64,000 nucleotides of DNA from Octopus vulgaris (GCA_951406725.2 OX597836.1:28334001-28398000); one strand, 5' to 3'. Shown: positions 13,040 through 26,697, counted from the first letter of the stretch. The notes: generated by a model from the letters alone, not told the origin. Program-made: numbers and translations.

Positions 13040-13659
13040 AACCACTTGGTGTAGGTACAGCAAGACTGAAGTTAAACATTTGTAAAGATAAACCTCACAA
13101 CAACTGCAGCAGCAAGAGAGCCGGTCAAATCCCAAGCGTCTGGGACAGGAGAATAGGCTGACAACACGTTAAACACGTCTTCTCTCTTCAATGAATGCCA
13201 TAGAATTCTCTTTCCCAGTTTTTAGCGCATGTGCATTAGGGAACTTCCTTAGGCCCTTCCAGAAGGTTCCAGCCCCGCACACGCACACTGAAGAATGACG
13301 TCACTACAGTCTATTTTGGCATGTTTTCTACAGCTGGATGCCCTTCCTAATGCCAACCACTTAGCAGATTGTGCTGGATGCTTTTTACATGCCACTGGCA
13401 TGGGTGTGTTTACACAGCACAGGTGTGTCAACGCAGCATCAACACAGGTGTTTTTAAGTGGCGCCGGCACCTGAGAGGACAAACTTGTATGTATGGATAA
13501 CAGTGATTTTATTTAGCTTGATGCATCTTATCACATACAGCAAATCACCAGATCTCACAGTCCCTTGTCATTTCCTCAGTGAGCTTACTGTTCCCTTAAG
13601 GTAAGATCGACAAAAAAAGTACCTCATCCAGTGGGAGATAAATATCATTTAATGAACCC

Positions 13660-14108
13660 TGGCACCCGTGCTAGTGGAGCGCTAAGAGCACCATCCAAGT
13701 GTGATCGTTACCAAAACAGCTAACTGGCTTCCATGCTGGTGGCACGTAAAAAGCACCATTCAAGCATGATTGTTACCAGCGTCGCCTTACTGGCAGTTGT
13801 GCCAGTGGCACATGAAAAAACATTCGAGCGAGGTCGTTGCCAGTGCCGCTAGAACTTGCTCCTGTGAAGGTAAAACACCATTTGTGCGTGGCCGTTGCCA
13901 GAACCGCCTGACTGGCCCCCATGTCGGTGACGCGTAAAAGCACCCACTACACTCTCAGAGTGGTTGGCGTTAGGAAGGGCATCTATCTGTAGAAATTCTG
14001 CCAGATCAAGATTGGAGCCTGGTGCAGCCATCTGGTTCGCCAGTCCTCAGTCAAATCGTCCAACCCAAGCTAGCATGGAAAGCGGACGTTAAACGATGAT
14101 GATGATGA
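13660..14108 (+). mobile_element. RTE-tail repeat ('family C', ends CCAACCCATGCTAGCATGGAAAGCGGACGTTAAACGATGATG); about 10 copies
   Basis: Repeated GGCACGTAAAAAGCACC motifs then GGTTGGCGTTAGGAAGGGCATCCAG. Other copies about 6565-6753, 38466-38890, 38964-39158, 40940-41210, 57250-57388 and 273-430(-). Confidence 0.8.
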
Positions 14109-14831
14109 CAGAATAAAGGTGTGTTACAAAACTTGTCTTTAGACTAGTGTTACAAAACTCCAAAGCAAGAAACTATTTGTATCTTTATACTGTGTGCATT
14201 AAAAGATGTAGGTATATATGTGGGCATGGCTGGGTGGTTAAGATGGTCACTTTACAACCGCATAGTTTTGGGTTCAATCCTTTGTGCAAATATCTTTTGC
14301 TCCATCTTTGGGCTGACCCCAAGCCTTGATTTCCTTCCCCTATCTCTACAGTACCTATTTCTTTACTATCCACAAGGGGCTAAATACAGAGGGGACAAAC
14401 AAGGACAGACAAACGGATTAAGTCGATTACATAAACCCCAGTTCGTAACTGGTACTTATTTAATCAACCCCGAAAGGATGAAAGGCAAAGTTGACCTCGG
14501 CGGAATTTGAACACAGAACGCAGCGGTAGACGAAATACTGCTAAGCATTTCGCCTGGCATGCTAACGTTTCTGCCAGCTCACCGCCTTATATCTCTACAG
14601 TACCATCTAGTTTCTCCTTCCTGTCACCAACCCTCACTTGTTTTGAAACGAGGTAATATTTTCCAACAGCCAGACATGTTTTGTAGAAGACTGGAAATAA
14701 ACAACACTGCTTGTATAACAGTAACACTTATTTACAACAAGCACACACACATGCACACACTTACACATACTCACACACATACACACACTCACACACATAC
14801 AGATACACACATAACACACACACACTCAGAT

Positions 14832-14862
<31 letters not shown>

Positions 14863-15526
14863 CACTCAAACACATACACACACATACTAATACATGTGTA
14901 TGAGATGTTTCTTTCAGTTTCCATCAACCAAATCCACTTAAAGGCTTTGGTTAGCCTGGGGCTATAGTAGAAGACTCTTGCTCAAGGTGCTACACAGTGG
15001 GACTGATCCCTGGACGATGTGGTTGAGAAGGAGACTTCTTACATACAGCAACGCTTGCACTTACTAAAAGAAGACCTTAACCCCAGGACTAATAATTATT
15101 TAATCTCTATAGTCATGCATGTGTGTGTGTGTGTGTACATGTATGTGTGTGTGTGTTTCTGCACACACACTCACACATACATATGCACACATGTAGCCAT
15201 CAACTAAACTAAAACATCAGCTGTACTAATTCTCAAACTAGTTTACCAAATGCCAGAGCTTATGTGGGAGCCTGAGAAAATTAGAGGCACGACCCTTTCG
15301 TCTTGGGATTAATTAAAGAAAAATTAGTAACATTTTAAAATATGTGTTTATAGTTTCCCTTTCCAACTAATGCTTATAATTTCGAAGCTTGTTTTAACTC
15401 TGCAAATTACCCCTATACCATCAACTTATTCTCTTGCGACTAACAAGCACCTATTATATTTTTTGATATACATGTTGAATTTTTCAGCCCAAAATTTACA
15501 ATAAAAAAAAAATGGGAGGTTGACTT

Positions 15527-15962
15527 AGGCACAGGAGTGGCTTTGTGGTAAGTAGCTTGCTTACCAACCACATGGTTCTGGGTTCAGTCCCACTGCGTGG
15601 CACCTTGGGCAAGTGTCTTCTACTATAGCCTCAGGCCGACCAAAGCCTTGAGAGTGGATTTGGTAGACGGAAACTGAAAGAAGCCCGTCGTATATATGCA
15701 TATATATATATATATATGTGTGTGTGTGTATATATTTGTGTGTCTGTGTTAGTCATCCCCAACATCGCTTGACAACCGGTGCTGTTGTGTTTACATCCCC
15801 ATAACTTAGAGGTTCAGCAAAATAGACCGATAGAATAAGTACTAGGCTTACAAAGAATAAGTCCCGGGGTCGATTTGTTTGACTAAAGGCGGTGCTCCAG
15901 CATGGCTGCAGTCAAATGACTGAAACAAGTCAAAGAGTAAAAGAGAGAGAGAGAGTAAAGAG
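15527..15962 (+). mobile_element. Most abundant SINE ('family A', GGCGCAGGAGTGGCTGTGTGG head, internal (TA)n(TG)n); roughly 20 full or partial copies in the window
   Basis: A box TGGCTGTGTGG, B box GGTTCAGTCC, tail ...GACTGAAACAAGTAAAAGAG. Other copies about 3167-3627(-), 11329-11694(+), 11964-12372(+), 24783-25176(+), 26177-26586(-), 35252-35654(+), 38090-38458(-), 42496-42875(-), 50113-50460(+), 54362-54784(+). Confidence 0.9.
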
Positions 15963-16515
15963 TTATACAGCAAAATGGCTTCGGAGAGAACTGAACCTTC
16001 CATGTGAACTGCAGCAGGATTTGGAAAGATAAGGATGATGTTTGAATGTTTACATTATAATTATTACATTAGCTTGTATGCAGGAAAATATAGCATGAAC
16101 CAACAAAGGAAACATCTACATGACCACTAGCCTTGTTAAAAATAGTAGCTAAATCTCTTCCAAATTACACCCTTCTGTCTCCATATATCTACATACTAAT
16201 TTTTAGTCAGATTTTTCTGACCAAAATCTACAACCAAAAAAGGTAGATTCCCTGTGAAATGCAGCAGGATTTGGAGAGACAGTGATGATGGTTGAATGTT
16301 TACACTACTACATTGACTTGTATGGCAGAAACGTTAGCACGCCAGATGAAATGCTTAGCGGTATTTCATCTGCCATTATGTTCTGAGTTCAAATTCCGCG
16401 AAGATCGACTTTGCTTTTCATCCTTTCGGGGTCAATAAATATAGGGTTTAAGTTGATTACAACGACCCCGAAAGGATGAAAAGCGAAGTCGACCTCGGCA
16501 GAATTTGAACTCAGG

Positions 16516-16547
<32 letters not shown>

Positions 16548-17495
16548 AAATAAACTACAAAACCTGTGAAATATTACTCTCCTCCTGTCCAACACATGTT
16601 TTCTCTAAAGTCTTTATGTCACTGAAGATATCAGCATTTACAAGATGTGATATTAGATTAAGTTATTTTAGAAACTCTTTTAATCTGAGATTATTTGGGG
16701 ATTAGGAACCAATTAATTAAAAATAAATAAATAAAATAACGAAATAAGGAAACTGATATAGTTTCAGGAATAGAAGAAAGGTGAGCTATAACGAAAAAAA
16801 GAAAAGTGTAAATATAACACATGAACACACACACAAACACACAAAAGCATGAGCACACAGAAAGACATACGAAGCACACACATACAAATACATAAAACAC
16901 ATCCGCCCACACATATACATACTTAAAAACGCACACACACACACACACCTTTTTATCTTTCACTTAAAGAATTCTATCTAAATGAATTGACCCCAGTACC
17001 TATTTACTTTTTAAACTTGGTATTTATTTTATCAGTCTCTTTTGCCAAACCACTAAGTTATGAAAACATAAACACCAACATTGGTTCACAAGCAGTTGAG
17101 TGACAAGCGCAACACACACACACACACAGAACTACATACAAAACACACACACACAGAGAACTACATACAAAACACACACACACAGAACTACATACAACAC
17201 ACACACAACTACATACAACACACACATGCAAACATACATAAATGCACACACACACACACACACACATACACAATACATACCAAAATACATACACACACAC
17301 ACACAGTTTCCATAGTCCTTTACACAGTGTTGCAAAAACATTGCTCCCTGCTACTATCTATATCATAAAAATTTTAATGACCTTCCCTCTTGACTTAAAT
17401 CAGAGGATTGCTTCCACACGAGTGAGTGTATATAAAAGTGGTGACAAGAATCCAGTTCAAATGATGATGGGTGTAGAACCAATGTCAATACTTAC

Positions 17496-17679
17496 TGTTC
17501 ATCAACACCCTGTTGGATGGTAAACACCTCAATATGATAAGTTGTATGGCGACCACGTCTATCCTTGGCTTTGTACAACCTCAGTTCGGCCCCTGTCACT
17601 GTCTCTTGTGGGGACACTTCTCCAAAGTCAAAGAAGAAGGTTCGGTCCCTTTCATGGCGAAGGAAATGGATTTTGTGCA
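17496..17679 (-). CDS. BMP5-8: BMP5-8 coding exon 2 (prodomain)
   Basis: Acceptor TTTGCAG at 17681-17680. Reads (V)HKIHFLRHERDRTFFFDFGEVSPQETVTGAELRLYK...VDE(Q), with the AELRLYK prodomain motif. Donor CA|GTAAGT at 17495. 184 nt, phase 1 to 2. Confidence 0.93.
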
Positions 17680-17726
17680 CTGCAAATGATAATAATAATA
17701 ACAATAATAATAATAATAATAATAAC

Positions 17727-17764
<38 letters not shown>

Positions 17765-17765
<1 letters not shown>

Positions 17766-18078
17766 TCTCAAAATACAAAGACCTGGAAATAGAGATAACC
17801 AGAATGTGGAATCTGAAAACAGAAACAATCCCTATCATAGTAGGTGCATTAGGCATGATAAAAAAATATCCAGACAAATACATAACAAAAACACCAGGAC
17901 TTACAAACACATATAACATACAGAAAATTGCACTACTAGGCACTGCACACATCCTACGCAGAACACTTTCCATACAATAACCATCAGAGCATCACAACAA
18001 ATCACAGCACATACCCAAGGCACACAGAGCTGCGCTCAGTAGTGAAGTGAAAGCACGCTATAAAAATAAAACTACTGA
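17765..18078 (+). mobile_element. R4/Dong-clade non-LTR retrotransposon 3' fragment in (AAT)n
   Basis: Translates SKYKDLEIEITRMWNLKTETIPIIVGALGMIKK...IQKIALLGTAHILRRTLSIQ*, the C-terminus of RLE-type LINEs. Flanked by (AAT)n on both sides. Confidence 0.85.
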
Positions 18079-18103
18079 ATAATAATAATAATAATAATAA
18101 TAA

Positions 18104-18600
18104 ACTGGAAGGCATCATCGAAAATTATAATGCAAAGATCCTATGGGATTTTATGACTCAGTGCAACCATGAGTTAGAGAATAGGAAGCCAGACATAGTG
18201 TTAATTGAGAAAGAAAACAAACAATGCTGGATCATGGATATAGCATGCCTAGCTGACAACAAGGTATGTGATAAGGAAGAAAGAAAAGTCGATGGATATG
18301 ACAGGTTAGCTTAGGAGGTTAAGCAGTTGTGGTCGCTAGAAAAGGTGGTGGTAGTACCAATAATTGTCGGAGCCCTGGGAACAGTGAGTAAAAATCTTGA
18401 GAAGTACATGTAACAAATAGGGGCTGCAATAAGGGTGGAGCACTTGCAGAAAACAGCAATGCTTGGGACCGTTCGAATACTCCGGATGGTGCTCGGAAAA
18501 TAAGGGATGTTACCTTAGTTCACTGGTAGTAAACAGCTGGTACCGTAGTACATCTCCAGCGTTAGAAGCTGTGCAAAGACAAAAAAAAATAAATAATGAT
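18104..18600 (+). mobile_element. Second, older R4/Dong-clade 3' fragment (RLE domain, in-frame stops)
   Basis: KILWDFMTQCNHELENRKPDIVLIEKENKQCWIMDIAC...VPIIVGALGTV...LQKTAMLGTVRILR with the PD..D endonuclease motif and two internal stops. Confidence 0.85.
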
Positions 18601-19614
18601 GATTTCAAACTTTTGCCACAAGGACAGCTTGGGATAGGGGATTAAATCGATTACATTGACCCCAGTGCATAACTGGTACTTGTTTTATCAACCTCGAAAG
18701 GATGAAAGACAAAGTTGACCATAGTGGAATTTGAAATATAACAATAATAATCTTTTCTACTATAGGCACAAGGCCTGAAATTTTGAAGGGGGGCACTAAT
18801 TGATTACTTCAACCCTAGTGTTTTACTGGTACCTAATTTATCGATCCCGAAAGGATGAAAGGCATAATGCTAAAGGTCTTGGTCATTGTCTCTGTGAGGC
18901 CCAACACTCAAAAGGAGCTTGGCCACTTTGCTTCCATGAGGCCCAACGCTTGAAAGGAACTCAGCCACCTCACCTCCATGAGACCCAACACTTCAAAGGC
19001 ACTCAGCCACTTTTCCTCCAAATAATAATAATCCTTTCTACTATAAGTACAAGGTCTGAAATTTGAGGGGAGGGGACAAGTTGACTACATTGACCCCAGT
19101 GCTTCACTGGTACTTAATTTCTCAACTCCAAAAGGATGAAAGGCAAAAAGCAACCTTGGCGAAATTTGAACTCAGGACATAACGACAGATAAAATACCAC
19201 TAAATATTTCACCCGGTGTGCTAACAATTCTGCCAGCTCGCCACCTTGAATAATAATAATAATAATAATAATTAATTCTTTTTATTGGCCACAAGGGCTG
19301 ACACACATGATTAGAAAACATAAAGGGACAAAACAGGACGAAAAGTTTTGTCCGTTTTTTGAAAGAAAAAGTCTGTGTAAACAAGCTTTACAACAACGAA
19401 AAAATTCAACAATTTACAATACAATTTACAATACAAGGCCAGTAATTTTGAGGGAAGTATAAGTCAATCACATGGATCCCAGGGCTCAACTGGTACTTAA
19501 TTTATCGACCCTGAAAGGATGAAAGGCAAAGTTGACCTCAGTGGAATTTGAACTCTGAATATAAAGACAGACGAAATACTGCAAAGAATTTTGCCCAGCA
19601 GCCAACTCACCACC

Positions 19615-19652
<38 letters not shown>

Positions 19653-20571
19653 TTCTAAGTGGCACAAGGCAAGAAAGATGAGGGAGTGGAGGAAGAGAAG
19701 AGAAAGGGGTATGTAAAAGAAGTATGATATTGGAGAGGGAAAGAGGGAGAGTGGTGTCCCATTTAGTGAAATGTGAACCAAGTACAGTTATTTCATGAGA
19801 AGGTGGAAATATATTTAAAAATGAGGGGGGGAAAAAATGAAAAGAAATCGTAAGATGGTTAAATTATTCAGCCAGAAAAACATGGAGTACTTTGGGTAGG
19901 GTTGAAGAAACGAAGGAAGTGTGCATGGGTGTGGGCACGGGCGTAATGTGTGTATGGTTGTGTGGTTTTGTGTGTGTGTGTGATTGTGAAAGAAAAGCGC
20001 TGGTAAACTGTATCATCTCGGAAGTGACTCTGCTGGATACACAGGAAAGGAGTGTGTACTGATGCCAGCAATGGGTGCAAATAGTGTGTCTTGCAGGCTG
20101 AGGGGGGGAATCGAGAGTTCAAACATTACAGATGGACACGAGGAGCTAGCAATGGGTGGGGTGTACTTATGTAGGTATAAAGTTCTATGTATTACTCCAC
20201 ATGGTTTGCAAGATACAAATGGGTGCCGAAAAGTTTGTGGTTTTCGGTAAAAGAAAATAATGGGAGGATCAGTTAATTATGATTTTATTCAACATATTCC
20301 CCTCTCAGATTCATACACCTATTGCAGCGGTGCTTCAGTTTTACTAAGCCCTGTAAAAGAACATGCAAGTGTGGGCCTCCAACCAGACCTTTATTGATAC
20401 CCTTAAAATCAGGAACTATTCAACACCCCTTCATATATATATATATTTCTTGACTACCCACAAGGGGCTACACACAAAGGGGACAAACAAGGACAGACAA
20501 AGGGATTAAGTCGATTACATCAATCCCAGTGCATAGCTGGTACTTCATATATATATATATATATATATCAC

Positions 20572-20852
20572 CTGATCGACCAGTCCATCAGATGTAGTTA
20601 CACATCGCTGGTCACAATGCATTCGCATTGTTTTAGCCTTCGAATGACGCCACCCTGCTGGCTAAGCGAGCAGGCCAACAGAAGAAAGAGTGGTGAAAGA
20701 GTACAGCAGGGATCACCACCCCCTGCCGGAGCCTCGTGGAGCTTTTAGGTGTTTTCGCTCAATAAACACTCACAACACCCGGTCTGGGAATCGAAGCCGC
20801 GATCCTACAACCGCGAGTCCGCTGCCCTAACCACTGGGCCATTGCGCCTCCA
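20572..20852 (-). mobile_element. SINE with the same tRNA head but a different 3' tail
   Basis: Head identical to the 13039 copy, diverging after ...CTCTTTCACCAC into ...CATTCGAAGGCTAAAACAATGC... Confidence 0.8.
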
Positions 20853-21110
20853 CATATATATATAAATTAGAAAAAAAACACCTTTTATCAATTCAATAAT
20901 GAAAAATTAAATTATACCATTTAGAAAAATTACATATTATAGAAAGATTAAATATAAGATAAAGCATATAACGATGATTAAGTAATGTGCAAAATAATAA
21001 ATAAAACGTATATATTTGGTAGAATAACGACACGTATTTCGTGGCTATATTTAAGAAATGATAATAGTAAAAATAGTAGAAGTGGCAGCAGCAGCAGCAG
21101 TAGTAGTAGC

Positions 21111-21141
<31 letters not shown>

Positions 21142-21461
21142 AAATCACTTCATGCTGAAAAGTTCCTGGCTTTGGGTAAAATAAAAATACAGGAGGATCA
21201 GTTAATTATGATTTTATTCAACATATTCCCCTCTCAGACACACACACTTACTGCAGTGGCCCTTCAGTTTTTCTAGACCCTGTAAAAGAACACGGAAGGT
21301 TGGACTTCCAACCAGACTGGCAAAAAAAGAGTAATCCTGTGACAGAATGGTGTCCTGTCCAGGTGGGGAATATTTATGCCATGACATTGGGAAACTGGCC
21401 CTTAGGAGTTGGCATTAATCAAGAAGGTAACGTTGCCTTTACTTATAATACACAAATCTGT

Positions 21462-21915
21462 GCAAGGGGACTGTGAGCATCTCAAGAAATTAGAAAGATG
21501 GCACAAAGACACACAGGGGTCACGAAGGCGTAAATTAGTTTCAAATGTACAGCACATTCTTCAGGGATTCTACCTGTCAGGTGGTTCATTGCAAGGGGAC
21601 TGTGAGCATCTCAAGAAATTAGAAAGATGGCACACAAAGACACACAGGGGTCACCTAGACGTAAATTAGTTTCAAATCTATAGCACATTCTTCGGGGATT
21701 CTACCTGTCAGGTGGTCCATTGGAAGGGGACCGTGAGCAGAGATTCTACCTGTCAGCTGGTCCATGGGAAGGGGGCTGGTCCATTGCAAGGGGACAGTGA
21801 GCATCTCAAGAAATTAGAAAGATGGCACAAAGACACACAGGGGTCACCAAGGCGTAAATTAGTTTCAAATCTACAGCACATTCTTCAGGGACGCTACCTG
21901 TCCGGTGGTCCATTG
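21462..21915. repeat. Tandem repeat, about 129-bp unit (3 copies plus partials)
   Basis: GCAAGGGGACTGTGAGCATCTCAAGAAATTAGAAAGATGGCAC... at 21462, 21591 and 21787. Confidence 0.88.
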
Positions 21916-22220
21916 GACCAGCTAACAGGTAGAGTCCCAGTGTAGCGGAGCTAAACACAGCTCTTAGTAAAACAATTCTTTTAGTCTGTAATTTTGGTAA
22001 CATTGCCAATCGCAGTGACAATCAGCAGACACACACCACAAACTCCTTCTCTCATACCTACACAACACTCATATGTCACCCTACATAACACCATCATCAG
22101 AAGCCCATACCACAACATATATACCCCATTAATTGTACCTCTGTCACCTATAACTACAACTGATAATTACACACCCCATCACGTACCCAGACACACTGCT
22201 TAGCATTTCCTATATATATA

Positions 22221-23092
22221 ACAACCATAGTAATCAACACACAACCACTCTAATCATATAACCACCACCACAACCATCACAGTCAAAGGAGCCACTATGT
22301 GGTCTTGTCAGTTGCTAGAAGTAGCAGCCAAATCTCTTTCAAGTTTCATTCCACCATTTGAAAATAATGATAGGCAACGTGGTCTTAGATATACCAAAAA
22401 AGGATGATGTGGTAGGTCATGTTTGGAATGCTTTTAATCTTATGTCTGCTTGATGAGGGCTGACCTGGAGCTAAGCATACACACACACACACACAAACTT
22501 ACACACACTGCCACTACTAATCAACACACAACCACTCTAATCATATAACCACCACCACAACCATCACAGTCAAAGGAGCCACTATGTGGTCTTGTCAGTT
22601 GCTAGAAGTAGCAGCCAAATCTCCTTCGAGTTTCATTCCACCATTTGAAAATAATGATAGGCAACGTGGTCTTAGATATACCAAAAAAGGATGATGTGGT
22701 AGGTCATGTTTGGAATGCTTTTAATCTTATGTCTGCTTGATGAGGGCTGACCTGGAGCTAAGCATACACACACACACACAAACTTACACACACTGCCACC
22801 ACTAATCAACACACAACCACTCTAATCATATAACCACCACCACAACCATCACAGTCAAAGGAGCCACTATGTGGTCTTGACAGTTGCTAGAAGTAGCAGC
22901 CAAATCTCCTTCGAGTTTCATTCCACCATTTGAAAATAATGATAGGCAACGTGGTCTTAGATATACCAAAAAAGGATGATGTGGTAGGTCATGTTTGGAA
23001 TGCTTTTAATCTTATGTCTGCTTGATGAGGGCTGACCTGGAGCTAAGCATACACACACACACACAAACTTACACACACTGCCACCACTACCA
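22221..23092. repeat. Tandem triplication, about 287-bp unit
   Basis: Three near-identical copies starting TAATCAACACACAACCACTC at about 22231, 22518 and 22804. Confidence 0.92.
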
Positions 23093-23705
23093 CCACCACC
23101 ACCACTATTACCACCAAACAGTGAAGAGAAACAAGAGGAACAGTCAAATGTTATTTTAATTAAACAAGGCATCTTACTATTTACTGCTGTAATGATTTTG
23201 TTGGCCGTATACCAACTAATACTACCACCACCACTACCACAGCTAGTTATACAACTACTGCTACTACCAACACCACAGCAAGTTATACCACCACCATCAC
23301 CACCACTACTACTACTACTACTACTATTAATACTACAGCATGTGGTACCACCACTACCACCACCACCACTGCCACAGCAAGTTTTACCACAAATGCCACC
23401 ACCATCACACCATGTTGTACTACCACCAAGGGCTGTTGTACTATTACCACCACTAATACCACCACCATCACAACAAGATGTGCCATCACTACAACCACCA
23501 CAGCTAATTGCAGTACCACCATCACAAAAACTAGCTGTACCACCTCCACTATCACAGATAAACTGTACTATTACCCATACGCAATTGATTCTAGAGTCAC
23601 CACTAATACTACCACCAGAACTCTATCCAGCCGACAAAAAAAAAAAGGGAATCAGGTCCTTCTGTTTGTCTGAAGGGAGTTTATTTGGTTGACAGTATGT
23701 GTAAT

Positions 23706-24305
23706 GGCAGCGAGCTGGCAGAAACGTTAGCACGCCGGGCGAAATGCGTAGCCGTATTTCGTCTGCCGTAACGTTCTGAGTTCAAATTCTGCCGAGGTCG
23801 ACTTTGCCTTTCATCCTTTCGGGGGTCGATAAATTAAGTACCAGTTACGCACTGGGGTCGATATAATCGACTTAATCCGTTTGTCTGTCCTTGTTTGTCC
23901 TCTCTGTGTTTAGCCCCTTGTGGGCAGTAAAGAAATAGGTATTTCGTCTGCTGTTACGTGCTGAGTTCAAATTCCGCCGAGGTCGACTTTGCCTTTCATC
24001 CTTTCGGGGTCGATAAATTAAGTACCAGTTATGCACTGGGGTCGATGTAATCGACTTAATCCGTTTGTCTGTCCGTGTTTGTCCTCTCTGTGTTTAGCCC
24101 CTTGTGGGCAGTAAAGAAATAGGCATTTTGTCTGCTGTTATGTTCTGAGTTCAAATTCCACTGACGTCGACTTTGCCTTTCATCCTTTCGGGGTCGATAA
24201 ATTAAGTACCAGTTATGCACTGGGGTCGATATAATCGACTTAATCCGTTTGTCTGTCCTTGTTTGTCCCCTCTGTGTTTAGCCCCTTGTGGGTAGTAAAG
24301 AAAGA
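23706..24305 (+). mobile_element. 'Family B' SINE with triplicated body, 14-bp TSD
   Basis: Head GGCAGCGAGCTGGCAGAAACGTTAGC, core GAGGTCGACTTTGCCTTTCATCCTTTCGGGGTCGATAAATTAAGTACCAG repeated three times (about 184-bp unit). TSD AGTATGTGTAATGG. Single copies e.g. 14356-14589(-), 49788-50010(+), 50810-51085(-). Confidence 0.88.
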
Positions 24306-26176
24306 AGTATGTGTAATGGTTCCAATTCATTTAGCCCCCAAGTTCAAATTCATAAAAAAAAATTTTCATTTTCAGGGATTGTCTAAAACAAGGGTTTCTC
24401 AGCTGGGTTCTATATGGCCCTAAGGGGGTCCATATAAGGATCTGTTTGTTAAAATTTATCTGCAATAAATTGGTTATATGTTTACAAAACACGAAATATT
24501 TTTATTTTTTTTTTTTATTGTTCAATTCTTAATAATATTTATTCTTCTAATCTTTGTCTTGTTTCAGACTGTGGCCATGCTGGAGCACTGCCTTGAAGGG
24601 TTTTAGTCGAACAAATCAGACACAAGATTTATATCTTAAGCTTAGTACTTATTCTATTGGTCTCTTTTGCCGAACTGCTAAGTTACAGGGATGTAAACAC
24701 ATGAACTCAAGTTGCCAAGTGGTGATGGGGGGGGGCAGACAGAAAGACACACACACGCACAGATATATACATATATATACATAGGCGTAGGAGTGGCTGT
24801 GTGGTAAGTAGCTTGCTTACCGACCACATGGTTCCGGGTTCAGTCCCACTGTGTGGCACCTTGGGCAAGTGTCTTCTACTATAGCCTTCTACTATAGCCT
24901 TGTGAGTGGATTTGGTAGACGGAAACTGAAAGAAGCCTGTCGTATATATGTATATATATGTGTGTGTGTGTGCTTGTGTGTCTGTGTTTGTTCCCCCAAC
25001 ATCGCTTGACAACCGATGCTGGTGTGTTTACGTCCCCGTAACTTAGCGGTTCGGCAAAAAGAGACCGATAGAATAAGTACTAGGCTTACAAAGAATAAGT
25101 CCTGGGGTCGATTTGCTCGACTAAATGCGGTGCTCCAGCATAGCCGCAGTCAAATAACTGAAACAAGTAAAAGAGTATATATATATATGACAAGCCACTG
25201 GTATTTATAGAGTGTTAAACACTTTTGGAATGCAAATTAGGGAATCCTTCATAGTGTTACTGCTGCATTTGTTGAGTATATAAACAGTTTGGCTGCTTGT
25301 TTCTCTGGAGATTGTCAGAATGATGTAGACACCCCTGATGAGAACTCAATAAGGTTCAAAAATTGATTAAGGTTGTAAATCATTTTTTTCAGTCTGTAGA
25401 GATTATTCCATCAAATGTAATTCGTACTCATTCAGTTTTTAATTAATCATGCATTATTTTATAGCTTCGAAATTTCAATGATGTGATTGTGTATTTTTAG
25501 AATAACATTGTAGGGTAAGTATGAAGGCCAGATCTGACCAGTTTGAACATAAAACAAGTGGAATATTTGTGCCAATATGGCTGGTTTAAATGCTCAAGGG
25601 TGTTTTCTGGAAAATGGCCAAGTTTTTCTCTCATATCAAACTATTGTAAACCATCTGGTTCAAGATCTAACATAACCCCTTCACGACTCCTTTTCACACT
25701 ACAGCTACCTACATTTCCACTTCATCCCAGCCATCTTGAATAAGGATAATATAATGCAGGCCCCGATAATATAATGCAAAGGGGGTCCGAGGGACCCCCT
25801 AGGAGTCAATGAGGAATTACAGGAGGTCAATGATAGCCAAGGGGTCGAATGGGGGACAGCATGCGAAAGACCAGCTCACCTAGATGGACTGCTTGAAACA
25901 CTTAATCAGCGCCATGTCCATCCCTCACATTGATGTTGTCAATTTCAACAAAAGATATTCCACCAATATGGTGCATCTTTCACATTTTCTAACCGTGAGA
26001 ACAATTTCATAAAAATTGAAAGTTTAATACTGTATACTAGTACACCTGGTTTTAAATGTAAAAAGTGAGTCATCTTCAATAAGATTTCTTAATTTGTTGT
26101 ACATGTATATTTTGGCTAACATTTTAATTGCTAGCATCAGTACCTGGTACGCATTTAAGATATGGTACAGTAGGGT

Positions 26177-26586
26177 ACTCTTTTACTCTCTTTTACTTGT
26201 TTCAGTCATTTGACTGCGGCCATGCTGGAGCACCGCCTTTAGTCGAGCAAATCGACCCCGGGACTTATTCTTTGTAAGCCCAGTACTTATTCTATCAGTC
26301 TCTTTTGCCGAACCGCTAAGTGACGGGGACGTAAACACACCAGCATCGGTTGTCAAGCAATGCTAGGGGGACAAACACAGACACACAAACATACACGTAC
26401 ACATATATATATTTATATATATATATATACATATATACGACGGACTTCTTTCAGTTTCCGTCTACCAAATCCACTCACAAGGCTTTGGTCGGCCCGAGGT
26501 TATAGTAGAAGATACTTGCCCAAGGTGCCACGCAATGGGACTGAACCCGGAACCATGTGGTTGGTAAACAAGCCACTCCTGCGCCT
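26177..26586 (-). mobile_element. Full-length family A SINE flanked by an 80-bp direct repeat
   Basis: Direct repeat 26098-26177 and 26592-26671 with about 2 mismatches. Confidence 0.85.
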
Positions 26587-26697
26587 GTATATGTACATGT
26601 ATATTTTAGCTAACATTTTAATTGCTAGCATCAGTACCTGGTACGCATTTAAGATATGGTACAGTGGGGTATTAAGATATTTTAAATGAGGAGGGTG

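Noticed and set aside
23192-23692. 166-aa proline-rich ORF
   Set aside because: Degenerate (ACC/ACT)n simple repeat with no domain or splice support.
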